Shown: piece by piece, positions 56,862-64,000 of the stretch
Position numbering within the stretch: the stretch's first letter is position 1
Layout of the letters: every line of letters starts with the position of its first letter
Source: Candidatus Parvarchaeota archaeon
GTDB taxonomy: Archaea > Nanobdellota > Nanobdellia > Parvarchaeales > Parvarchaeaceae
Direction of reading: 5' to 3'
NCBI GenBank assembly: GCA_023378805.1
Contig: JAMCSQ010000019.1
Location: forward strand, 11,738 to 75,737
Length of the DNA: 64,000 bases
The notes under the pieces: generated by a model
Databases searched by the model: none
The model's input: the letters and a program-made list of their open reading frames with translations, nothing else
What the model was told of the DNA's origin: nothing
Position numbers and translations under genes: made by a program

Positions 56862-57375
56862 TCATTTTGCTGAAATGCTCGTAAAAAAGCAATGCGAGCA
56901 TCGTTTTTGTGTCTTTTATTTTTCCAGTGTATACGTTTTTAATTGCATCATTTAAGTTGATTTCTACAGGGGTTATAACTTCATTTTCGTCAAGACTTCT
57001 TTCCTTTTTAATAACATCATAGGCAACATAGTAATATTCAAAATAATCCATCAATGCTGGGTTATTCCATGTTTTAAACATGAATTTTATCTTATTTGGG
57101 TAATAACCTGTTTCTTCAGTAAGTTCCCTCCTTACTGCGTTTTCCCTGCTTTCTCCCTCTTCTATTGAACCAGCTGGCAACTCCAGTATTTTTTTATTTA
57201 CTGCAAAACGGAACTGTCTTTCCATAATTATTGTATCTTTATCAAGAAAAGGAAGTATCACGACTGCATCGCTTTTAAGTATTCTGAAGTTTTTCAACCT
57301 TTTACCCCTTATATTTGAATAACCTTCTTGGATTCTAAGTGTATTAAAAGGCGATTTGTATGCTACCTTTCCCAT
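56845..57375 (-). CDS. NUDIX hydrolase
   Basis: Nudix box GSIEEGESRENAVRRELTEETGY matches G-x5-E-x7-REUxEExGU. Confidence 0.85.
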   Translation of the reverse strand: MGKVAYKSPFNTLRIQEGYSNIRGKRLKNFRILKSDAVVILPFLDKDTIIMERQFRFAVNKKILELPAGSIEEGESRENAVRRELTEETGYYPNKIKFMFKTWNNPALMDYFEYYYVAYDVIKKERSLDENEVITPVEINLNDAIKNVYTGKIKDTKTMLALLFYEHFSKMNGRKV

Positions 57376-57521
57376 TTATAAACTAAGAAGATAGTTATAT
57401 TATAATCTTTAGAAAAGGAAACAAACGGATTGTAAAATATACAGATATAAAGTTTCTTCGCTACTTTACATGTTTTTAATAAATAATTAAGTATATAAAA
57501 ATAGTAGCTTCATAATAGATT

Positions 57522-57815
57522 ATGGCAAAAAATAGCTGCGACATGCGTGGTATGCTTTCCTTTCAGATACTCAATATGCTTAAGAAAAACAACCTATGTG
57601 GAGAAGAGATAGCTAGAAAAATAGAAAAATACAGGGGTAAAAAACCCGTTGCCAGTACAATTTATCCTGCGCTTAAAAGATTATCAAATAGCGGGTTAAT
57701 AACCGGAAAAAGAGATGGGAAAAGAAAAGTTTATTCTATTACTAAAAAAGGCCGTTTAGAAGAGAAAAAGGCGCTTGCTTACTTCGAAAGGTTATATTTA
57801 GAAATCCGAAAATAG
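57522..57815 (+). CDS. PadR-family winged-helix transcriptional regulator
   Basis: 97 aa. LSFQILNML..GEEIARKI.....STIYPALKRLSNSGLI....DGKRKVYSITKKG is the PadR pattern. Confidence 0.7.
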   Translation: MAKNSCDMRGMLSFQILNMLKKNNLCGEEIARKIEKYRGKKPVASTIYPALKRLSNSGLITGKRDGKRKVYSITKKGRLEEKKALAYFERLYLEIRK

Positions 57816-57819
57816 GGGG

Positions 57820-57851
57820 AACGGGGGCTTATAAACCCCCGTTGATTTTTT
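57820..57851. terminator. GC-rich hairpin followed by T-tract between convergent padR and ftsZ2
   Basis: Hairpin aacggggg-cttataaa-cccccgtt at 57820..57843, then gaTTTTTT at 57844..57851. Starts 5 nt after the padR stop. Confidence 0.4.
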
Positions 57852-57898
57852 GAGGAAATTTTGATAAATAAGATATAGGCCCGAAAGGGGCCAAAAAT

Positions 57899-58999
57899 TT
57901 ACTTAAGTATCTCTATACCAAGTTCCTGGTTTATTGCGCCAGTAGTTTTGGAAAGAGTGTTTATCTCTTCAGGTCCCAATAAGTAAGGGGAGCTTACTCC
58001 CGTTATTATTGTCATTACCCTCAATTTTCCAGATAGAGACTCATCTACCTTTGCGCCCCATATGACTACTGCGTCGGGGTCTAAGGACTGAGTTGCCATC
58101 TCACCGATCTGACTCACTTCTGCAAGTGTTAAATCAGGTCCTCCTGAGATGTGTATTAAAGCTCCCTTCGCGCCTTTGTAACTTACGTCCAAAAGTGGAT
58201 TATTAAGTGCCCTTCTGACTACTTCAGTTACCCTCGAATCTGAAGCATCTGTTTCACCGATTCCTATTACGGAAACTCCACCTTTGTTCATTATTGCTTT
58301 TATATCTGCGAAGTCAAGGTGCACCAATGCACTTGCATCTGAGATAGTTTCAACTATTCCTTTTATCATAGTTGCGACTACTTCATTCGCTACATTGAAT
58401 GCCTGGTCTATTGGTAGATTTCCTGCCATGCTTACCAGTCTATTGTTGTCTATCACAATAACTGTATCGGAACAGTTTCTCAATTCCTCCAATCCTGCTT
58501 CTGCAGACTCTACTCTCTTTCTTTCAGTTTTGAAAGGCATTGTTACAGTGCTTATTACAATAGAACCCATGTCCTTTGCAAGCTTTGCAATTACAGGTGC
58601 TGCACCGGTACCGGTTCCTCCACCAAGGCCTGCGCATACGAAAACTAAGTCTGCACCTCTCAAAGACTCTTTAAGTTCCCTAGAAGATTCTTCTGCAGCC
58701 ATTTTTCCCTTTTCAGGAAAACCACCTGCACCTAATCCTTTAGTCAATTCTTTTCCAATAAGAATCTTCTTGTCTCCACTCCTTGCATTCAACTGTATCT
58801 GATCTGTGTTAGCTAGAATTACTTCCGCGCCCTTGACTCCTTTTTTAAAGAGCCAATTGCCCATGTTATTTCCGCCGCCGCCGACTCCTACAACTTTTAT
58901 CAAAGCCTGATTGAATAAAGGTTCATTCATACCTTCTTCTCTGCTGGCTTTTAATGCGCTTTCAACAAGCAAATCCATTACCATTTTCCCCTCCATCAC
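57899..58999 (-). CDS. ftsZ2: Cell division GTPase FtsZ (paralogue 2)
   Basis: GLGGGTGTGAAPVIA tubulin signature. VGVGGGGNN start of the GTP-binding domain. 366 aa. Clearly distinct from the 45994..47121 copy. Confidence 0.95.
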   Translation of the reverse strand: MMEGKMVMDLLVESALKASREEGMNEPLFNQALIKVVGVGGGGNNMGNWLFKKGVKGAEVILANTDQIQLNARSGDKKILIGKELTKGLGAGGFPEKGKMAAEESSRELKESLRGADLVFVCAGLGGGTGTGAAPVIAKLAKDMGSIVISTVTMPFKTERKRVESAEAGLEELRNCSDTVIVIDNNRLVSMAGNLPIDQAFNVANEVVATMIKGIVETISDASALVHLDFADIKAIMNKGGVSVIGIGETDASDSRVTEVVRRALNNPLLDVSYKGAKGALIHISGGPDLTLAEVSQIGEMATQSLDPDAVVIWGAKVDESLSGKLRVMTIITGVSSPYLLGPEEINTLSKTTGAINQELGIEILK

Positions 59000-59272
59000 A
59001 TTAGAAACAAAAGCGAAAGCTTTATATTCCCAATGCGTCTATATTTTATTAAGAAAAACAAGTAAGTGACCTCAAAACTTACAATGTTGCGATTAAAATT
59101 TGAATGTTCCCCAACATTCAAATTTCTATTTTATTTAAATAACAATAATAATTGCTATTCATTTAAAAAGTTTATTGTCATAGAGTATACACTTTCTTTT
59201 AAATTCACTGAGCTTAATATAACATAAAATAGGAATGAAAAGAGTTAAAACATTATAACGGTAATTATTGTA

Positions 59273-60571
59273 ATGATTGCAAAAAAAATAGAGACTAAGA
59301 ATCTATCATTTGGAGACTTAATAGAAATAAAAATAGAAAACGAAAAGTTTAACGGTGAATTTATAAAGGAAGAAGAAAACTTAATAATAATTAAATTAAA
59401 ATCTGGCTACGACATAACACTCTCAAAAGAGACTATTGACAGTATCTCTATACTAGATAAATCAATAAACTTAGAAGAAAAAGAAGAAAAAGAAAGTAAA
59501 CTGAAAATCGAAAATCCAGACATAACAATGATAACAACCGGTGGAACTATCTCCTCAAAGATAGACTATAAAACGGGAGGAGTTTCTCCATCCGTAGATA
59601 GCAACTATTATTTTCAGATTTCTCCAGACTTACAAAAACAGGGAAAAATAGCAGTAGTAAATCTGATGAGAAAGTTGTCTGAGAACATGCTACCATCAGA
59701 CTGGATAAAAATAGCAAAGGAAGCGTATTCGGACATAAAAAACGGCAGCAAGGGTATAATAGTAACAAGCGGCACAGATACAATGCATTTCGCTTCAGCT
59801 GCGCTCTCCTTCTTGTTGAACCCGCTTTCTGTTCCTGTGGTTTTTACTGGATCCCAGAGAAGCACTGATAGAGGGTCTACTGATGCTGGTACCAATTTAC
59901 TTTTATCAGCATTCGCAGCAAAGAATTTTTCCGGCGGTGAATCGGTGATTTGCATGCATGCAAATCTGAATGATGAATATAATTATATACTAAGGGGAAA
60001 CAAGGCAAGAAAAATGAATACTGAAAGAAGGGATGCATTTAGGCCAATAAATATTAAACCGCTTGCTAAGGTTTATACTGATGGAAAGATAAGAGAAATT
60101 TCTCCGGAGATAATATCCAAAAAGGAAAATACAAAATTAAACGAGAAGATTGATGATAAGGTAAAACTAATATATAGTTACCCCTCTATGGGCGGAGACA
60201 TAATAGACTATTATACTTACAGCAAAGTGCACGGTATAGTAATAGCTGCCACAGGATTTGGAAACCTGCCATTGGAAGACAAAACAATTATAAATGCATT
60301 GAAAAAGGCCGAAAAACAGCAGATACCTATAGTAATAACGTCTCAAACCATTTATGGTTCAACAAACAAGTTTGTTTACAGTACTTTACGTGAAATTTCT
60401 AGATTTGATAATGTTATATATGTAGGAGACATGACAACTGAAACTGCGTTCGTAAAACTAATGTTTGCTCTTGGAAACAGCAAAAAACTTGAAGAAATAA
60501 AAAAGATAATGTCAACTAATCTAGCAGGTGAAACAAAGGAAAGAAGAGAAATAGATGAGTTTTTGATATGA
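59273..60571 (+). CDS. gatD: Glutamyl-tRNA(Gln) amidotransferase subunit D
   Basis: An N-terminal GatD-specific domain precedes an asparaginase-like domain. That domain has TGGTISS (Thr nucleophile) and GIIVTSGTDTM (second Thr triad). 432 aa. Confidence 0.9.
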   Translation: MIAKKIETKNLSFGDLIEIKIENEKFNGEFIKEEENLIIIKLKSGYDITLSKETIDSISILDKSINLEEKEEKESKLKIENPDITMITTGGTISSKIDYKTGGVSPSVDSNYYFQISPDLQKQGKIAVVNLMRKLSENMLPSDWIKIAKEAYSDIKNGSKGIIVTSGTDTMHFASAALSFLLNPLSVPVVFTGSQRSTDRGSTDAGTNLLLSAFAAKNFSGGESVICMHANLNDEYNYILRGNKARKMNTERRDAFRPINIKPLAKVYTDGKIREISPEIISKKENTKLNEKIDDKVKLIYSYPSMGGDIIDYYTYSKVHGIVIAATGFGNLPLEDKTIINALKKAEKQQIPIVITSQTIYGSTNKFVYSTLREISRFDNVIYVGDMTTETAFVKLMFALGNSKKLEEIKKIMSTNLAGETKERREIDEFLI

Positions 60572-62391
60572 AAATAAAATGTGGTTTTGAGTGGCATGTA
60601 CAAATTGATTCTGGCAAGCTTTTCTGTCGCTGCAAATCCGAGATAAAGGAGAATAAAGATTATTTGGAGATAAAAAGGCTTATAAGACCTTCTTTCGGTG
60701 AAAGCGGCAAAATAGACGTAAGCGCGGAATTCGAAGGCCAAAAGACAAAAAAAATAATATATAAAGTTTTTAATGACTCTGACTGTTTGGTGGATATAGA
60801 TGAAGAACCTCCTCATGAACTTGACAGAGATGCGCTTTCTACAGGAGTTAATCTTTCCTATGCGTTGAATGCATACTTACTAAAAAATTTGATATTCATG
60901 AGGAAAACGATAGTTGATGGTTCCAATACGACTGGTTTTCAGAGAACGGCGATTATAGCAGTAAACGGCGAATTTACCTTCAAGGAGAAAAAGATAAAAA
61001 TTGATACTATTTCAATAGAAGAAGATTCTGCTAGAAAGGAAACTGAAAATAAGGAAGAAACTGTCTACTTTCTGGACAGAATAGGCATACCTCTAATAGA
61101 AATTGCAACTGGAATAATAGAAACCGACGAAAACGAAGCAAAGGAGATAGCGATGCAGTTTGGGAAGTTTACAAGGTTATTTAATGTAAAAAGGGGGATA
61201 GGCACAATAAGACAGGATGTAAACCTTTCCATTGAAGGAGGAAAACGAGTAGAATTGAAAGGCTTTCAGAACATAAGAGAGATGGACAAAGTCATATTAA
61301 ACGAAGCGAAAAGACAGGAAAACTTAATAAAAATAAAAAACGATTGGAAGCATATTACTAATGAAATTAAAAATTGGCAGTTTGAAGACATAAAGGAAAT
61401 ATTCAATGGCTCAGAATCAAATGTGATAAAAAATGCAGTAAAAAATGAAAAAAGTATAATTGGTATTAGATTAAATGGGTTAAAAGGGCTTTTAGGAACA
61501 TATATCTGTGAGAATAAAAGATTTGGAAGCGAAGTAAGTGATTACTTGAAGATTAAACTTGGTTATGGGATAATACATTCTGATGAACTACCGGCATATA
61601 ACATAAGTGAGAACGAAAAAAACAGAATAGCAGAAAAATTAAATTGCAGCCAGAATGATTCATTCCTATTTTCAATATGCGACAAAGGCTATGAAAACTC
61701 TACAATGGAAGTAATAAAAGAAAGACTTATTTCTCTACTTAAAGATGTGCCATCGGAGGTAAGGCTTGTACAGGATGATAATACAACTAGATTTTTAAGG
61801 CCGATGGGTGGAAAGGATAGAATGTACGTTGAAACGGACCTTCCAATAATAAAGATAGACGAAGACATTTTAAAAGAAGGAAGTGAATACATCGGCAGAA
61901 GCGTAGATTCATTGAAAGCGTCTCTAAATATATCTGATGAATTTCTTGACCAGCTGATATCCTCGAGAAAACTTAGCGAAGCCGTCTACCTGAACAATAA
62001 AACTGGGCTTGACTTCAATGTAATAATACAGGTTGCAGTAGAGGACTGGAAGTATATTAGGAGAAGATTTGGAAAGGAAATAGATAAAAAAGATGTAGAA
62101 GAGATATTAGAGAAAATAAAAGCAAACGAAATAGTAAGAGATTCGGCAAGAATAGTAATGGAAGGGATAGCATTAACTGGCAAAAGCGTCGAAGATACAA
62201 TAACGGAAAAGAGACTTAAAAAGAAAAGCAATACGGAACTAAAAAGTGAGATAGAAAAACTCATAAAGGACAGAAAGCTGGATAAGGTTGATTCTCTTAT
62301 AATAAATCTTAAGGATAGAATAGGTACAACTTTTGAGGCAAAAGAAGCTTATAGAATGGCGTTAGAAATGATAAAAGATGAAAAAAATTGA
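60568..62391 (+). CDS. gatE: Glutamyl-tRNA(Gln) amidotransferase subunit E
   Basis: N-terminus MKIKCGFEWHVQIDSGKLFCRC is the canonical GatE start. GatB-like cradle. 607 aa. Overlaps the gatD stop by 4 nt. Confidence 0.9.
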   Translation: MKIKCGFEWHVQIDSGKLFCRCKSEIKENKDYLEIKRLIRPSFGESGKIDVSAEFEGQKTKKIIYKVFNDSDCLVDIDEEPPHELDRDALSTGVNLSYALNAYLLKNLIFMRKTIVDGSNTTGFQRTAIIAVNGEFTFKEKKIKIDTISIEEDSARKETENKEETVYFLDRIGIPLIEIATGIIETDENEAKEIAMQFGKFTRLFNVKRGIGTIRQDVNLSIEGGKRVELKGFQNIREMDKVILNEAKRQENLIKIKNDWKHITNEIKNWQFEDIKEIFNGSESNVIKNAVKNEKSIIGIRLNGLKGLLGTYICENKRFGSEVSDYLKIKLGYGIIHSDELPAYNISENEKNRIAEKLNCSQNDSFLFSICDKGYENSTMEVIKERLISLLKDVPSEVRLVQDDNTTRFLRPMGGKDRMYVETDLPIIKIDEDILKEGSEYIGRSVDSLKASLNISDEFLDQLISSRKLSEAVYLNNKTGLDFNVIIQVAVEDWKYIRRRFGKEIDKKDVEEILEKIKANEIVRDSARIVMEGIALTGKSVEDTITEKRLKKKSNTELKSEIEKLIKDRKLDKVDSLIINLKDRIGTTFEAKEAYRMALEMIKDEKN

Positions 62392-62968
62392 TTTTTATAG
62401 AGAGATAGCTAAACTTGACAAAGGGAGAAAAAACAACCTTAAACTGGAGCAGTATTCTACAGATATAGATACTGCGTATCAGTTAATGTATTTTATAGAT
62501 TACAATGTTGGAATAGCAGGAAAAACTGTAGCTGACTTGGGTTGCGGAAATGGTATACTTGGTATATCTGCTGCATTGCTTGGTGCGGGAAAAGTTGACC
62601 TGTATGACATAGATGAAAAAGTAGTTTACACTGCCGAACAAAACATTGAAAAACTGCACATCAATAATACAAAACTGATTCAGATGGACCTGTTTGATAT
62701 AAATGAAAAATATAATATTGTTGTATCCAACCCTCCTTTCGGTTTCCAAAGCAATTTTAACTTAAATGCATTCATCAAAAAGGTAAAATCCATATCGGAG
62801 AATGTGTTCTTTATCTATAAAGACAATCAGGAAATAAAGAAAATCGCAGATAAAAACGGCTTTTCAATATACAAGATAGAGGACATAAAACTTGAAAAAA
62901 CATTGCCTTTCCATAAAAAAAGCTATTATAGTTTGCCGATTGTTATAGTTTATAAGCAACAGATATGA
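62378..62968 (+). CDS. Putative RNA (N6-adenine) methyltransferase, METTL5/COG2263-like
   Basis: Motif I LGCGNGILGI. Acidic residue at YDID. Catalytic NPPF motif at VVSNPPFG. Overlaps the gatE stop by 14 nt. Confidence 0.65.
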   Translation: MKKIDFYREIAKLDKGRKNNLKLEQYSTDIDTAYQLMYFIDYNVGIAGKTVADLGCGNGILGISAALLGAGKVDLYDIDEKVVYTAEQNIEKLHINNTKLIQMDLFDINEKYNIVVSNPPFGFQSNFNLNAFIKKVKSISENVFFIYKDNQEIKKIADKNGFSIYKIEDIKLEKTLPFHKKSYYSLPIVIVYKQQI

Positions 62969-62969
62969 T

Positions 62970-63413
62970 ATGAAAGGTCAAATAAACTTTGGAGTGTGGG
63001 TTCTCATAACTGCAATAATAGTAATTGTTATACTTTTGATCTTTGATTCCGCAATAAGGAGTTACATATTGACAAATCTTAGCGGTTTGGTAAGCGGAAT
63101 AAAATCTACAAGCCCAGGACAGCTTTCTGAGGTTATAACTAATTTCACCGCATATAACTGCAGTTCTGGCTGTTCAACTTTTCCTAGCTCAATTTATTAC
63201 TGGACAATAAATTTTAACGGCCAGAATTACACTTATTATTTAAACAATATTATAAGTGTTAGCTCTTCTACCGGCAACTATTCATTGGAAATATATCCAG
63301 TATTAACATCTAGTGGCGAACTGTGCTCAAATGCAACTAGCTCTTCACAGAAGACAAAAATATTAAAAATTCCATCAGGTAAAAGCTACAAGATATATTA
63401 CTTTAGCTGTTAA
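62970..63413 (+). CDS. Type IV pilin-like protein with archaeal class III signal peptide, Cys-rich C-terminal domain
   Basis: N-terminus MKGQ-INFGVWVLITAIIVIVILLIF is a KG/Q prepilin-peptidase site plus a hydrophobic stretch. The mature part has 6 Cys and several N-x-S/T sequons. Confidence 0.45.
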   Translation: MKGQINFGVWVLITAIIVIVILLIFDSAIRSYILTNLSGLVSGIKSTSPGQLSEVITNFTAYNCSSGCSTFPSSIYYWTINFNGQNYTYYLNNIISVSSSTGNYSLEIYPVLTSSGELCSNATSSSQKTKILKIPSGKSYKIYYFSC

Positions 63414-63464
63414 CATTTTAAATAAAGTTTTTACAGATTTTAAAGACTAAAATCAAAAGAGAGA

Positions 63465-63656
63465 TTAAGGAAGACTATTGTTTACAGAGGAGGCATTTGG
63501 AGCAGAATGAAGAAGGCCGGTCAACGGTGCAAATATGCCGCTCTTCAACAGAAAAAGCAGGATTACTAGTAAAGCGAGCGCTATCACTATGATGATTATT
63601 ATAGTTATACCGAGCTCCATTCCTTTGTTGTTAATGTGCATAATTTTAAATGTCAT
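63465..63656 (-). CDS. Small hypothetical membrane protein, possibly minor pilin-like
   Basis: 63 aa. NKGMELGITIIIIIVIALALLVILLFLL is a KG site followed by a hydrophobic helix. Short tail. Confidence 0.25.
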   Translation of the reverse strand: MTFKIMHINNKGMELGITIIIIIVIALALLVILLFLLKSGIFAPLTGLLHSAPNASSVNNSLP

Positions 63657-63792
63657 TTAATACATTAATATTTTAATTATTATATATAAACCCTCAAAAA
63701 ACTGTATTTCATAGAGATTTAAAACATTGCTGTTCTTATAGCACTGCACTTGCACAAAATAGTTATTAATATGTTAAAAACCAGAAAAATTA

Positions 63793-64000
63793 ATGAAAAT
63801 TACATACAATGGAAAGGAGAAAGAGTTCAAAAATGGGGAAAAAGCCATAGAAATAGCTAGGGAATTAAACGCTTCTAAAGATATAATTGTAGCAGAGATA
63901 AATGGTAGGTTGATAGACTTGTCTTCAGAAGTAAAGGAAGATGGAGAGATAAAGTTCTTTACATTCGAAGATAAAATAGGCAAAAAAGTATTCTGGCATT
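63793..64000 (+). CDS. thrS: Threonyl-tRNA synthetase, N-terminal TGS domain (3'-truncated by window end)
   Basis: The ORF opens at ATG 63793 and runs off the window. MKITYNGKEKEFKNGEKAIEIARELNASKDIIVAEINGRLIDLSSEVKEDGEIKFFTFEDKIGKKVFWH is the TGS-domain pattern, ending in the FWHS block of ThrRS. Not in the supplied track because it has no stop. Confidence 0.6.
   Translation, partial: MKITYNGKEKEFKNGEKAIEIARELNASKDIIVAEINGRLIDLSSEVKEDGEIKFFTFEDKIGKKVFWH

Noticed and set aside
63774-63983. 69-aa minus-strand ORF from the track
   Set aside because: The plus strand at 63793 onward encodes a clear ThrRS TGS-domain N-terminus running off the window. The minus-strand ORF is its antisense shadow.
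1-64000. CRISPR array, transposase, integrase or prophage search
   Set aside because: No regularly spaced direct repeats of 24-40 nt, no DDE or tyrosine-recombinase motifs, and no viral structural genes are seen. The window looks like core chromosome plus a sugar-utilisation island.

Overview
This window is a low-GC (~35%) euryarchaeal chromosome segment. The gene content suggests an acidophilic Thermoplasmatales-like archaeon: Alba, aIF2-gamma, S6e, GatD/GatE, two FtsZ paralogues, SecE, GTP-dependent PEPCK, blue-copper proteins, and heavily N-sequon-rich secreted glycosidases. It is gene-dense on both strands, with roughly 75 supportable genes. Three blocks stand out. (i) A translation/cell-division housekeeping block at 45-64 kb holds ftsZ1-secE, FKBP, Alba, a PIN protein, aIF2-gamma, S6e, a Dph2-like gene, tRNA-Lys, tRNA-Val, parvulin, ftsZ2, gatDE and the start of thrS. 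(ii) A starch/maltodextrin utilisation island at 26-37 kb holds a GH13 enzyme, a MalK-like ATPase, a solute-binding protein with two permeases, an extracellular GH15-like enzyme, a GH31 alpha-glucosidase and a cytoplasmic GH15 enzyme. (iii) Transport and membrane functions include three further ABC systems, an MFS transporter, an MscS channel, a P-type ATPase, and a membrane cluster with two tandem cupredoxins. No CRISPR array, transposase, integrase or rRNA is visible. The most unusual items are these. At 6.5-10.3 kb, a translationally coupled operon encodes a KaiC-like ATPase, a V4R-like protein and an adenylate-forming enzyme, with a convergent second adenylate-forming paralogue. At 39.2 kb, an untracked 22-codon gene encodes a (Cys-Gly)n-repeat peptide and sits behind leaderless-promoter geometry. 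At 50.1 kb, a Dph2 homologue lacks domain 1. At 51.8 kb, an EF-Tu domain II/III protein has no recognisable G domain. aIF2-gamma carries non-canonical G1 and G4 motifs. All calls come from reading motifs in the translated ORFs. No database searches were run.
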